The notes under the pieces were generated by a model, which searched no databases, was not told where the DNA came from, and saw only the letters and a list, made by a program, of their open reading frames with translations. Of a stretch of DNA of 64,000 nt, positions 1 through 13,700 are shown piece after piece. Every line of letters begins with the position of its first letter. Within the stretch, counting starts at the first letter, position 1. Position numbers and translations under genes: made by a program. The stretch comes from Phoronis australis. Its lineage: Eukaryota; Animalia; Phoronida. The stretch covers positions 124,001-188,000 of the forward strand of contig NMRA01000409.1 of NCBI GenBank assembly GCA_002633005.1, written 5' to 3'.

Positions 1-886
1 ATTTTCAGGTGACAGCCTCAAGGCCACTGTGGTTACACTGGACTACGGCAGTTCGCTTTGTACACAACGTCCTATCGTCTGAGTGTGTTGGTGCCGTATT
101 CTGATAAAGGCGAATTATACTATTCAAAGCACAGGACTGTGCGCACTTTCAGAGTGTTAAATTCAAACTCAAACTAGTAGCGTGCGCCGCTGATATGTGG
201 AAATTATAGGAGAAGGCAGATTAACAGTTTAAAATGAGCGTTTACGAAGGCGTAATTAGCATGGCATTAGTTTGCACGCACTAATTTCAGGCCCACCTTG
301 TGAGAACAAAGGCTAATCTACGTCGTTGGAACAGATTTCTGAATAGGTGGCACACGTGTGAACGCAGAATAGACTCCTGACAAACGTACAGTACATGTAT
401 GTATTTTCAGGCAGATCAGTTTTCGATCTCCATTCCTCATTGGACGTCATGTGGACGTTGTAAATGAAACAAATCTGAGAAGACTTCACGCACTAAATGT
501 AGTTAGTGCCGGATTCACGCCTTCACTGAAATGCTGATACTCCGAGGCATTCACTCACCATTCGATTTTATAAATTATACGAAACTTAACGCTCAAGGTT
601 TGGAAATAAGATGAATCTATAGCAATCAGCAAAACCTCAAGCCTCATCCGCAATAACAAAAGATTGAGCGGTCATTTACCGGTTACGAACCCTTTGTATT
701 AAGAATATTATTATCTCATATTACAGTGCCGGCAACAAAATACAAGTATAGTAATGCATACATTAAATAATGTCGAACAGCGCGATGCTTTAAACCCCAT
801 CTGTAAAAGGCAGTTCCAGGTCGTGCTAGTTTATTAAAACTTATCTAACCAGCCTACAAACCGATACGCGACAGTTGTTCAGTTAA

Positions 887-1241
887 AGGGATACTAAGCC
901 CTGTTTTGATAATTTCAACCAATTCTAATTCTGTCACCAGCTAATGCATCATTAGAGTCAATATTGAAAGATAAATAAAAGCAGGAATCAAGTACACACT
1001 ATTTCACAAATTGGACATAATAGTTCTTGATGGGTGGTCTTTTCACACACTTGTCGTGTAATTCGCTAAACGCATAGGCAACGCTAACCCATTTAGCAGA
1101 CTTCGGAAACAATTTTCAAATTTGGCCTCCAAACTTCTGTGGGTTTTCGAAGGTTACAGAGCGTTAATTCGTTTCAGAGAACTGGACGGAAAAATCGCCT
1201 TCCGTATCCGTTAATGAGTCAAAACCGATTTTGGTATCCTT
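887..1241. mobile_element. Non-autonomous TTAA-flanked DNA transposon (Kolobok/piggyBac-type MITE)
   Basis: TTAA(883-886)+AGGGATAC... at the left end and ...GTATCCTT+TTAA(1242-1245) at the right end. Short imperfect TIR, no coding capacity. Confidence 0.5.
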
Positions 1242-1562
1242 TTAAGGAAGTGTGGAAACCATCAGCCGCGGCGACTGTTGCTCAGTCCTCGTGGCACCTC
1301 CTCCGAGAATGTGACGTCATAGACGTCACCGACTGTGAAATGCAAGTGTAACCACTGAGTTCTAAACTATACTAGTGCAGGAGATTCGGTTACTGATTAG
1401 TTTTTGATGATATTAAGCATTGGCATTGGTAATTTCCCGATGGATGCTTCATGAGCGGATGATGTATTACATCCATGACATCTCGGAGATTTCCAGGAAA
1501 AACTAGTAAATTTCCAAGTCACGTGGAATGAAAGTTCGCGCCACAATAGCGCAACTGAACTT

Positions 1563-1700
1563 TTAAGGTTGTGTGTGACCTTAGAAAATGTTCAATTTTG
1601 GCTAATTTCGGAATATATCTCAGAAATGGCTTATCGGATTAATACGAAATTTTCAGATACCATGCCTCTCCAAAACACTACTAGAAATTGTTTTTCTTTC
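1563..1700 (+). repeat. Terminus of a dispersed TTAAGGTT-ended DNA-transposon-like repeat family
   Basis: ttaaggttgtgtgtgaccttagaaaatgttcaattttggctaatttcggaatatatc resembles the reverse complement of 13360-13423 (gatatggctttccaaagttggccaggtttggccatttttctcctgtctacataacctttaa) and of 25198-25259. Confidence 0.5.
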
Positions 1701-4107
1701 AAATGTTCGGTAATGCATGAGGGTTATCACAAACAGAACTCATTTTGGTTTTCATGAAAAAACTTTAAGTTGCAGAAAACGAAGTAATATAGTTTGAAAA
1801 TCTGTAACAGGATTGTCGAGATCTCATCGTCAACACTTTTAATCAAATAAAATTTGGTCACGTCGTCAATACTGTTATTTTGCTGACAATGTACGTTTTT
1901 TGCTAAATTGCACTAAGCAGGCATGATCAGGTGGCCAATTAACAACGGATTGGTAAAAAGTCGAAAGAATAAAATTCTACGGACTTTCTACTTTCAGAAA
2001 ATACATAGCTGGAGGGCATCGGGATTGGTTGTAACGCGGGTACGTTGAATCACTCGCTATAACTCCTAAGCTATCATCATCTAACAGCTTATAACTCATG
2101 GAGTCATGTTCATTAACTTCCGGCTATGATTACGTACGAAATGATTCCTACAAGAAAATTTAGATATTGTCTGACAAGAGCATTCGCTACATATTCCTTT
2201 CATCGCAGATTCGGCACACGTTACAATAAGAAACTGGGGCATGATGTAACAAATTACCTGTGGTAAGTTGTAACGCGTAACAACTTGTCCCGGCAGCAAA
2301 GATGCTGCATAGCTAAAATTGGCTACGTTGAAAACACATGTAATTAACCTAACTTATTCGTTGACATAGTTATAGTCATAATTGGCATTTAAAACCCAGT
2401 GCAAGATTTTTTAGAACTTGCACTTTTAAACGCACAACCTTTATTTATGCGCCTACACAGGTCTACTTTATGCATTTGTGACTTCAGCCCGTGTTGCTGT
2501 AGTAAAGACCCATCTACGGAGGATTTAAGATGCTGATACCCACATAACTTGTTTAACAGGAAACCCAGCCTGCGTCTAAAAAGCAAAAAAGCAGCGCATT
2601 ATCTACATGTATATTCAGGTGTCTTTGTATCACTGATGTGATGGAAGTAGCTGACATCACATTCATACAGTATGTGGCGGAATTAGAGTGGGCCCTAAAA
2701 CTCTGCCAGATTACATTTGGCAGTTCGGGAGCGCGAATGTCTGACGGTCAAAATCCTGGCTAATACTCTGCCCCCCCCAAACTAAAAATGCTGGATCCGC
2801 CCCTGAAATCCGTTGTTAGAGGAGGCGCTCACCACAGATGTTTTGATCTATCCCAAGCTCAGCTCAACGACCAAGGCTTACTCGTTTTACTGAATTCAAA
2901 CAAGCACGCTCTCGTTGTTAACCGGATCAAATCGAAGACATTTCGAAAACCTTTGCTTAGAACACACAGTAAGCAAGTAGAGACTGTGAAAATCCACAAT
3001 TTTACGTTTACAGAACACTGCAACTTAAATAACCAAACACAGCTATCCTCGTGGTGACGCAGTACGCCCCACGGTGTGTTACAAAGTGCCCCATACTCAA
3101 GTTGAAACACAGTACCGACCACTTTGTAATACTTATACTGCACTACAGACACAGAAGTCGGGGCACGAAATGCGCGCACGGGTAGGGTTTGTTTGAATCC
3201 GTTGGTTCCAGTGTTGGTTCGTGTAATGGGTCTAAAGTGGAAAGTTTGTTTAGTACTAGGGAAAATAAGTTGAGACTTGTTATCACGAAGACTTCTTCGG
3301 AACAAGTTTTACCAATACTCAGAATAGGTTACAGTGTACGAAGTAGTGCCAAACGGAAGATCATCTTGCGATTCCGCGATTCTGTAAATCGGTCGTGGGT
3401 ACTGCCGCTGCTTAGTTGGTACACAGTCGGCGTAACTTTAAGACGTGTTAAAATAGTTCCGAAAGTTTTCCTTAAAATGTGCCCATATGATCATGCACCA
3501 CCTGAGCTCAAATACTACTACACCAATAACGTGTACGCAGGACTAATAAGCTATGGCCATGTTCTTTTTTATTTGTAAAAAAAAGTACACTGAACAATAT
3601 GCATGGATCAATTTATCTATGTGTAAAATAGATTCTGTATAAGTACACTGTTATAACTGCGATGATTTACCTTACAATCCTGTCCCAAATACGCAAATTA
3701 CAACTCAACTAAAAAAATCGGGACCTTGACTGTAAAGAAAAGTGGCGATGAATAGACGGTCTCAATACGTGGATAACTACATGCTAGGAACCGTTCCTAG
3801 CTACATGTAAGAAACGGTAGTAGGATTGAATTTGACTTAATTGCAAGAGTAGAGGATAATATAACCTGTTTACATGTACATGTAAGTTTGAATGTGTTGA
3901 GCTTTCTGGTTTTCAGTGTTCTGTCACTCAAAAGTTATTTCCAGTTCTCAGAGAAAACTATCGGTTGACAAATTCCCAATGAGGATTGCCAACGTTGACC
4001 CATAGGTACCAATTACGCAAATCCAAGGCATTATATTATAATTAAATCCTTCAATCTCACCTACAATTCACTTCAATGACCGTTATTTTGCTATTACAGG
4101 CTAGATC

Positions 4108-4342
4108 AGCTCCCAAGATACTCGCATAACACTCGCCTTTCTTGTGAGATCTAATTGTTTTTCTCGCAAGAAACATGCCGTCTGCAGCTAACAGATAGAT
4201 TGTGTGCGTACCTTATCACATGAACGCACTTTTGTTGATGAACCGGTTATCGTTCCATTGAACAAATCTCTTGTGAGAACAGACTGATCTCACAAAATCA
4301 CGCCAGTGAAAGTCAGGTGTTTCGAGAGTATGCTCGTGAGCT
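4108..4342. mobile_element. Old MITE with ~60-bp degenerate inverted arms
   Basis: agctcccaagatactcgcataacac...ttgtgagatc...ttctcgcaaga pairs with tcttgtgagaa...gatctcacaa...gtgtttcgagagtatgctcgtgagct. Confidence 0.55.
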
Positions 4343-5136
4343 TACTAGTGTATCCAAACAAAATGGCCGCCCATGAAGTGAGGTAGAAATGTTGAATCAA
4401 GGGGTCGCATTCCTAAATTTTGGAACAGAATTCACTGATGCCATAAGCAAAGATTCTTCGCTGCAAGTGCAAGCTAATTTCATGGAGTCTACGGTGCTCC
4501 CTGCACTCAATCTATCCAGGTGTCAAAAATCGACCTTTATTTATCAACACCCTCTGGTGATTATCGAATCGTCTATTCTAAAGCTGCGTGTTACTTGTGA
4601 TGTAACACAAGGCAGTCCTCCAGTTTCCTCAAAAGTGTGTTTCAGTTTTTATGTTTTGTTTCTACATGTACTAGTGACTGCCCGACACGACAAGCGTTAT
4701 TTTCATATAACAATCTACTAGGGTTAATTGCTTCGTGAACTACATATTCAAGTATCTATGTAAATCGATTGATTTATAGACGCTTTTTTATAATTTGAAG
4801 TTAAACTATTGCGAAATCGATGATGCTGAAGTTTCGGGAAAGTCTTTCTTGAAATCCTGCGCTATCCACAGGAAGTTTTTGTTGAAGTTCCGAGGTCAAG
4901 AAGCAGGAGCGTGTTCCACGAGGAACTTGCGGTTAGAAATCATCCCCTAATTTAAAATTAGAGTCTAGTCGACCATTCACGTGTTTGCGAGTAAGATCCC
5001 GAACGCAGTACTCGCGAAACACTCAAGACGAATATATTTCCAAGACATTTCATCTGATAGGAGGACTTAAGTTTATGGATGCGCTGTCAGAACTGCGAAC
5101 ACTACATGCAAGAAACTCTCAAGTTTTCACGAAATA

Positions 5137-5417
5137 CATGCGCGCACCCAGGGGGCTCGTGGGGCTCCAAGGAGCCCCCCCCCCTCCCAAGTGGCGAAGT
5201 GAGCAAAAAAAGGTCCGCCCCCGAGAGACAAAAATTCTGAGAAAATGGGACAAAAATCCACTTAATAAGCGCAAACGCGCAGTTCACAGAGGTGGTCCTG
5301 GTTATTTTCTTTTTTATTTTTTTATTTTTTTAGTCCGCCGGCTCTCTTTTGTTGGCAAATGGTCCACAACGTCGGTAATTCGAGTCCCTCCATATCGAAA
5401 GCTGGGTGTGCCCATTG
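5137..5417. mobile_element. GC-rich short MITE, same family as 50336-50609
   Basis: TIR catgcgcgcacccag ... ctgggtgtgcccattg. The internal aaaaaggtccgcc...acaaaaattc is shared with 50400-50430. Confidence 0.7.
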
Positions 5418-7093
5418 GGATGGATATATAAAACAATTAGACTTTCACACTAGCTAGGCTACGCCACCACGGCGTACTGAAAGCAAACAAATTGACCTCT
5501 GCGAAAGCCAATAATCTATAATTTTGAGCTGTGGCCTAGGTNCCCCCCCCCCCCCATCGAAGGCTGGGTGCCGTATGAAATATCGCTAAGCGTTCCAAGC
5601 GAAGCAGGTTAAGAACGCATTAGCTTTTCTTGCGGTCGTTTTGCCTCAACAGACACAGCTTAATTCAAGCAGATTAAGTTATACTAGCACGAATCTATGC
5701 TTCGCACGGGTACCAGCTAACCAGCTAGTGTAAGGTAATCATCTTTAGCCGGGTTTATGCTACACATGGGAAGTTGTCCTGGTGATACATGCTTGAGTTA
5801 GGAAACAAAAATATGTAAAAGCTGTGCTGTTATAAGTGCTTTTGATTGCTATTATCATCCATTTTTTTTTTCTTTATTGAATTTCATTTTTGTTGAGCGA
5901 CGTTTCTTTTTCACTGTACACAAATGTGATGGTGTTAATTCCACGAGTTACATACACGCACACTTCAAATTCACATGTACTGAGATCTATTCATGAATGG
6001 ACGATTCACATGTTCATCTGTAGTAAATGAAGTCCTCAATCAAATTGTCTTGGTGCTGTTCCCATCATAGTAGAGCATGGAGTCGATTGCTGTGCAAACA
6101 AAATATGACTAAGAGAAAGCTCAGTGGCATTGGCCTGAAGAATACAGCAGTTTCTGCTAACTAAAGTTCCACACTGCGTATAACCAGGATCCTGGTATAA
6201 CGTATCCAGTACCTGACCCTGTAGTGTACGCAGATATTCAGGTTATGTTCGACCGAGTTCGTGGAGGATTAGTATTCGTAGGCAGAAAAATTCAACGACC
6301 TTCACTCGATAAAATTCTTTGTTCCCTCTTTTTCTATTATGAAGATGAAGTTTCCAACCAGTAATAAAGATTTTAAATAATTATTTACAATAAGGCAGTT
6401 CCAATCTTAAGTTGTTTTTTCATAGTGACCGCTACATGTAAAAGAGAAACGAAAAACAACGATCAAGTATAGGCCTACTTGGTAAGACATTTTGATACAT
6501 CAGTGTTTTCCACGATCAGTTTTAACCTATCGCTTCAACAGGGTAGACTTCAGTAATGCTAGGACGTCGCAAAAAATCTAGCCAAAATCACGCAATATCT
6601 CACTTAATATCGCGAAGTCTTGCTTTTCAACGAAGTCCAACATACGGGCTTTTTGCCCACAACAAGGAATGGGTCTTTCTGACACGTTTGGATTTTCAGT
6701 TGTGAAGAACACTGACTCGTATGTCACACCCAACAACATGAGCGTGATCAATCTTATTTGATAGCTTTAAACATTTTAACCGTTAAAGGAAAGTGCTCAG
6801 GGGGATTGTGGCATTCTGTACCATTCCAGGGAGGCAGAGGTTGACCTAGATAAACACGGTAATCACCTGACCTGATGATATGTGGGACACTCCGGACACT
6901 AGTTTACAACAGAGACCGTCTTTGACCACAATTCACCTATTTCACGAAAGCGCCATCTTCCCGCGCCATCTTTAAATACTGATCGAAAACGAGGCACACT
7001 GATAAAACCTCGTGAATGATCATCAGCTGGCCATGCTGTACTGTGCAGTGCCTGAACGTACCAATTCCAGTAATATCTCGTCGGTATCCTTCC

Positions 7094-8847
7094 CAGGGAT
7101 ATACTTAGCCACTCGCCCAGTCGCCAATGCGAGTAAAAATGGTGCTGGGCGAGTAGAAGTTGGCTTGCCGGTCGCCCGGTGGCGAGCTAATTTCAGAGCG
7201 CAAAAGCACTATATATCGTTTCCCAGATGAATATGAATAATTGTCCTCCTCCTTGTGCTGTTTTTATCATGAATTTAAGGTTCAGTTTGGTCATTGTGTC
7301 TATGCTCCGACAGTAAAAAACATCGGCGCAGTGCGACCCTACCGATTCAGTACATGTCACCCGTTACGCGATTCGTCAAAAAAACACAGTGTGTGGTCGT
7401 GCACAAAGAATTTGTGGACTAGTCCGAAACGAAGAAAAGGGGAGAAAGGTGGAAGACCGGTCCATGTGCTCATAGCAAATAAAATACCATATTTCTTGGA
7501 ACTGATTTCTTATTGTAATGTACAATGTCATTTTAGCCAAAATTATTTTTATAACATTCGTCCTAATAAGCGCCCATGCCCCTATAAGCGTCCCCACTCG
7601 TTTTCAGACTTCGCTAAAATAAGCGCCCAGTCCATGAATGTGTATATGTCAGTGCGAAAAATGTCTTACCTCACAGTTCTAAAATTGTACAGTAAATGTA
7701 TTCAATTTATCAATAATATCCGACAGTTCTGAAAAATCATTGTGCGCGTAATTTCTAGTAGACCACGAGCCTCGCCGCTATGTCGGTATTTAGCCGTGGC
7801 TGTACACTTCAAACCATTCCGCAGTGCTTCAAAAAGAACGCAAAAGATTTGCTGATCTTGCGAGGAGAGTGTCACACTACATGGTCTGGCCCTGATCAGA
7901 ACAGACGCAGCGTACTCAGGTCAACGGGATTGGTATTGTATCTTTCCCGTACAGATCTTCTCCCACAACAGGAATCCAGATTGTTTTGTACACGAAAAAT
8001 TATAAAAACCGCGAATCGAAACTTGGCCAAGAAGCGCGCGCTAGGGCCCACATATAACATGTGGGCCTGCTCAATGAGATAAATATACTACATTATACAG
8101 CTCATTGGGCCTGCTACTCTGGCAAATGAACACTGATGACACGCACGCGCTCGCTCACTCGGTGCACACCAGCTGATTCACTTCAATACAAACGTCACGT
8201 GACAACAACATATGTGTTCGTCCAGATTTTTCTCGTTGCGGGGTGCGATCTAGCGCAGATTTTGACTTAATCTGCGGTTAATCCCGACTCCGAGTCCACA
8301 GGAACTTAAGAATCTTAGGAAAGGCTATTTGGGAGGATTTCAGGTAATTTGAGTCGAAACTATTTTTACTCAAGAATTCAAGTTGTCCTATCGACGATCG
8401 CGAAGCAGCGACGCATCAGTCGGCAAGTTTTCGCCCTGGGATTTCAGCACATTTTTTTAAAAAGATCGTAATTTAACAACAGAGTTTGATAGCAATGCAC
8501 CACAGTTTTGTAGCTAGTCTGTCATAGGTTACACATACGTCACAGCGCGTAAATTTGATGAATCCTAGCTTCCCATTTCACCCGTTTCGGAGACCAGGTT
8601 TTAACTGCCGTAGGCTACAAAAAGAGTCCCCCTGGGCGCTTATTAGAGCGAATACGGTAGCCCTAATAGATGGTGACATCAGTGCACGAAACGATGATTT
8701 TTATTTAAATTAGCAGCAAGTTTGTGGTGACTGGCGCCAACGGCCGGGTGACCGAACTTCGGGCTTGGCGAGTAGATTTTCTGGCTCCGGCACTCGCCCA
8801 GCTGGCGAGCAGGGTTTTTCAAGACTAAAAGCCTGGGTATATCCCTG
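7094..8847. mobile_element. Non-autonomous hAT-like element (CAGGG ends) containing a nested MITE
   Basis: Perfect 11-bp TIR CAGGGATATAC/GTATATCCCTG. Subterminal ctcgcc/ggcgag repeats at both ends. Flanks are ccttcc / acttcc (degenerate 6-bp TSD candidate). Confidence 0.7.
7550..8659. mobile_element. Nested non-autonomous Tc1/mariner-pogo-like element
   Basis: Left end tataacattcgtcctaataagcgccc matches the inverse of right end gggcgcttattagagcgaatacggta, with TA at the ends. The internal segment 7709-7979 recurs inverted at 56852-57120. Confidence 0.65.
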
Positions 8848-9299
8848 ACTTCCACACTTTTTCAAAAGAGGGAAAACTACTAAGGAATGGCTGAGGAGGG
8901 TAAAAGTCTAGTTGCCGTAAGTATTGGTATGTTTTTTGGAGATCGATTCAACATCAGACAACTTGATTTTTGGTAACGTTGATAAGTCTTTTGACCACAA
9001 CACCTTGCAGGACGATGCCGTGTTTGTCAGGGCGCCTCGTTTTCGATCAACACGACAGCAGCGCCCCGCGTTCGTGAAAGAGGTGAATTGAATTGAATTT
9101 GAACCCGAATACAAAAATGTGGTGACTGTCTACTGTTTTTGACCATAATATTCCCCAGAAGGACATGGGCCTTGGTTCGCTTTTTACAAAAAATCGACAA
9201 AAGTGGAATAACAAGTACATATGGCACTGCACAAAAGACTGGAATAAAGGGTGAGATCCTGGCAACTTACCTGTAAAATAAAAGTACTTTCAACGGGAA

Positions 9300-9690
9300 C
9301 AATAAGCGAGGAACTCGCACAGACCCGTCGTCGTGGTTTCTGGGAAGTAGGTGACCGCAGCACATGGCCTACGCGGCGGCGAACGAGTGCGCATATAATA
9401 CCGAGGCTGCCCCGAATATTGTGCACGCAACCTAGCTGTCGTAAACTGTAAACGCAGGCCGCGGATGAAAGTCCCCGATTAGTAATTTGGTTTCCAGAAA
9501 AAAGCGCGTTCGTCGGATCGACTGAGGCTACGACTCCATAAGACAAAAGAAAAAATACACCTCAGAATCCGGCGCTTTTCCGTCGCGGGAACGAGTGGGA
9601 ATGAGGCGCCGGGTGGAGGTGGGTGTCCGGCCCCGCGGCCGCTTTCGAGTTGTCATTTTTTGTCCTACAGAGTCGAAGCCAACATCCGGT
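9300..9690. promoter_or_regulatory. CpG/GC-rich island, candidate promoter or alternative first exon of the minus-strand gene
   Basis: Local GC/CpG enrichment (e.g. 9570-9650 ggcgccgggtggaggtgggtgtccggccccgcggccgc), lying just upstream on the minus strand of a consensus donor CAG|GTAAGT at 9271/9270. Confidence 0.35.
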
Positions 9691-9949
9691 TCCAAAGTTA
9701 GCGTTTTTTAGATGTCGCAGATAAACTGGATAGGCTTTATTTTACAATTGTCAGAATTTCATTTCCCAGCTGTCACAATTGACGTCTATGAACAATCAGA
9801 TCTCTATAATGCAAATGTTGTAAACCTAATATAATAGCCTGTACCTAGGACAAATAATAACAAATATGTATTTTAACACGTAGGCTAATCTGAACATGTC
9901 ACATTCCCAAAAGACACTGAAACTGTTAGCAACTCTGCCGTTTTTCAAC

Positions 9950-10740
9950 CTAAAATAAAATGCACAAGAGTCGTATCATTAGAAAGCCCTTCACAAGCCT
10001 TTGTTGTTGAATGATTATACAACAAGCAAAAGATAAATAATTTACTTCGTAAATAATGATCATTTTGTATAACAGACAGGTTTAAAAGAATATTTTTTTA
10101 ATTCTAAAATCTAAGAGTTTTACCAAAATGCGAAGAATAACAGAGTGCTATAATGAAACCTTCCATGAACTAATCGGTTTATTAATTAACTAACCGTTAG
10201 TCAACAAATTAAATTTAACTTCAATTAATTTAGAGGGCAATAGTAAGATCAATAGGAAATGAAGCAGACGGTTATACACATCACTTAATGCATCCACGCA
10301 TCATCGGGGAAACAGTTTCAACGATTCAAAAGATTGCTACCAGATAAACACTGGGATTTTAGAATCTGGATCTTTTACCGTTTCATTCATCTAAAACTAG
10401 AATGTTTAATATGTATTAACTGGAGTTTTGATACCTTTTCATACAATAACGTACTTCAGGAGCAATCCAAGATCCATTGACATCTACCAAAGTTTGATAA
10501 ACTAATTACTCCAACAACGCATCCGAACTTTTCAGATAAGGGTTTTTATATAAATATGGGCACACATTTACTGTAAGGCTTTGAAATACACGTATACTGT
10601 GTATAACTCATTACAATGGTTGCAGTGACGAAGTGACAATTAGCGATACTGATTCATGCATTGTGTGTTATGGTAAACTACAGATATTGGGTCACATTTT
10701 TTATGATTGTTATGTTAATAATGAAAGTGGACTCTGGAGA
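9950..10740 (+). pseudogene. Ancient L1/Tx1-clade LINE ORF2 3' fragment (zf-RVT CCHC knuckle)
   Basis: 10639-10737 translates to ISDTDSCIVCYGKLQILGHIFYDCYVNNESGLW, a C-x2-C-x8-H-x4-C followed by W. Upstream sequence is heavily degraded, so the 5' boundary is approximate. Confidence 0.55.
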
Positions 10741-13700
10741 ATAATAACGACATCGAAAGAGACAATGTTGCTTTGTACACATGTTGCATAGTTGTCAAGC
10801 ACTTATGTTCGACGTATGTTCCGTATGCTATAACCAAAGATTTGCGAAGACAAGCTTTGTTACTTTATCATCGTTAACGACTACATGTACGTTGAAAGCT
10901 CTTATCCATTAATAAATTTCAAAATAATACTAGGTGTAAGAGCTTTGATAAAATAGGAATCGGAATTTATTGCATGTACTCGACATTTTCCGTTCATCTT
11001 TGATAGGAACTAAAGCTCGAGTGAATTATGGGTAACACTGAGTGTGATCCAAGTGAGGACTTGAACTCTAGATTCATTCAAAAAGCTCCAATAAAAACTC
11101 GAGATTTCGAGTTCCAATTTATCGCTGTGAAAAACACGGACGGGGATACTGAATTGAGAGTTGCTCACGTTGAATATTACTAAAATTTATAGAAAAAAAA
11201 CGTCAGATTCATTAAGTTTTGAAACACAGACGAAACATAAACTATTTCATCCGAACCCTGTTTTGAAATTATTCGCCCCTAATAAAATACGTGCGCGCAT
11301 GCGCTCAAAGAATTATCAAGTAATCGCCATTGCTTGCTTTACATCAAAGGTCACATTTTCCATATAAGCGAAATGTGCTACGTCTATATCTTGCCATACT
11401 AAATAAGGTGAACTGGTCTACCTTGTGTGGGCAGCTGATAGATCAATTTTTTTTTAATTTGAAACTAAGGAGAAAATTCTTTGACATCAGCAAAAATTCA
11501 AAATCTTTGCGAACAAACCGTAAAAAGACATGGTGAACAATTTGACTCCTATTTCACACACACAGAACTACGTTGAATAATTGATTTCATGTTCTATGCC
11601 TACTTGAATGCTTGGGACATCAAGACCTCTTATTACACAGCTATTCTCCTACTCGGGAACAGACCAAAAGACAGTTAGCTTACATTCGCACAAATGCATA
11701 ATGGAAAATATCAAAAACGATTTACATGGAGTTCGATTTTGAGCTCGATTTCGAGTACAAAGATTAGACCCTGTGCCATGGATGGACCTTTGAAGATGGC
11801 AATGCGAGTGAGACCTGCGTTGTTCAGCCTTGATTCTATGAATCGTCGACGCAGTATCAGATTACAACAATAGACTTCGTACAAGACGGTCGCAGGAAGT
11901 GCTAATCACGCTTAATTAGAAATTGCTACGGTTTGTCAAACATTGATGGTGTTGGCAAGGAAACTAGGCGAACGCAAACAGTGTATTTCCTGATTCGAAA
12001 AAGACGCACAGATTGTTGACGGTTTCAGTGACATGTGTTTGGCAGAATTCTTTCTTTTCAGACTGGATACGTAATTATTCTTTCAAACACAAATGCTTAG
12101 GACTGCATCTCGGCTCTCAAGTTCCAGCAGATATCGATCAAGTAATTATGAAATTATCAGAAAAATACAGACCAGTGTAGCGACTAAGAGCCAAAATATT
12201 AATGAATTGTTCACTTTCTGTTACAAGCATGAAATTTGGAGTACAGGTATTATGGTGTATTTGTATGTAGAATAAACTAAAGCAAGGTACCCATCGCTAT
12301 CTCTAAGGTGACGTCCGCCATCTTGGTTTCAAAAATTCCGCATCTTTCTCACGAATTTACTTATTTGGACTCATTTTTAGTTGAATTTTACATATCTTTT
12401 CTGCAAAAAAGTGCACGAAAATTGCGTCTCTGTATAATCTCTAGACAGACATCTCTCTGCACCGTCTTTCGCCGTTTCCAAAATGATAAAACAACATACA
12501 TGTAGAAGTCGTAATGATAACACCGGAAGTTAATATGATATACAAAAAATGTAACGCTTTTATTGCTTTACCTAACAATTGAAAGCAATGTTTCGTCGAC
12601 CATTGCCGATTTATTCAAACTTTTGCGGCACTTGTTGTTGTTTGTCGATTCCGGGGTAAACGACGTGGAACTTTGACCACGGCGCATGTGGTAGATGCAC
12701 TTCTTCTCACAAATTTCCAGGAAAGACGAATGATAATGTCCATCAATGATTATTAAGAGGTAAATTGCTGTTCATACCAATTGTTCATATTTTTTTTAAT
12801 TACTGGTTTCAGAAAGTAAATTTTTCAGCAGGAGTATCAGAGTAGGAGGGTCAAAAACAATGGCCCACCACATATTGTCTACTTTAGAAGATGTTTAATC
12901 AGAACATAAAAAGAGAATTTGTCACACCTTTGGAGCAAAATGTTCTGTGGACTGGTCTGCGTTTAGTCAAATATCAACAAAACTGCACGTTTTAACTCAG
13001 TAAAAACATACATCTTCTGAAAGGTGAAAGCCTGTAAACAATGATTTTTGTCTTTTTTATTAATCTGTTGTTAATTGAGTCATCGTGTGACCATGTCTTT
13101 ATAACATAATTTAACAAAAAGTAATGTACGTGGATAGCACCACTGTGGTATTAATAACTGCTACAATTACTTTGATATAAATGTTCACTGTGAGATCTCG
13201 AAAATGTTGTTACAGTTTTCTAAAACGGCATTTTGTTTTTGTTCTGTGCAACTGTAAACTTTGTTTATTTCAGAAATATTTTAACAGCGTTTTGGAGAAC
13301 AGTGAATAAACCCTAACATCTGAAAGTTTCACGAGAACTTACATGTAATCAGATGTTTCTAAGATATGGCTTTCCAAAGTTGGCCAGGTTTGGCCATTTT
13401 TCTCCTGTCTACATAACCTTTAAGAGCATGCAACATACTGAACACGTGTTGAATTTTCCTTGATTATGAACAGTTATAGCTGAGCATTGTTTCAGCATTA
13501 GCTTGGGTATCAGCCAAAGTGTGGAAAGTGCAAATGCGCGTTCACTTTATCTAACAGTACCACATGAGCACTGTAAAAGTACACAGAAATAGGCGTTTTT
13601 CCCGATAGTGATAACGTTTATGACATACAATGCCAACAGTTTATATTAATGAGCGAAGTCTTGTCAGTTTTTTATGGGCGAAAGTAGACAACGTTCTGAA

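Noticed and set aside
1-110. Possible plus-strand terminal exon after ttttcag| (DSLKATVVTLDYGSSLCTQRPIV* or VTASRPLW...VF*)
   Set aside because: It lies at the window edge, is short, matches no known motif and the frame is ambiguous.
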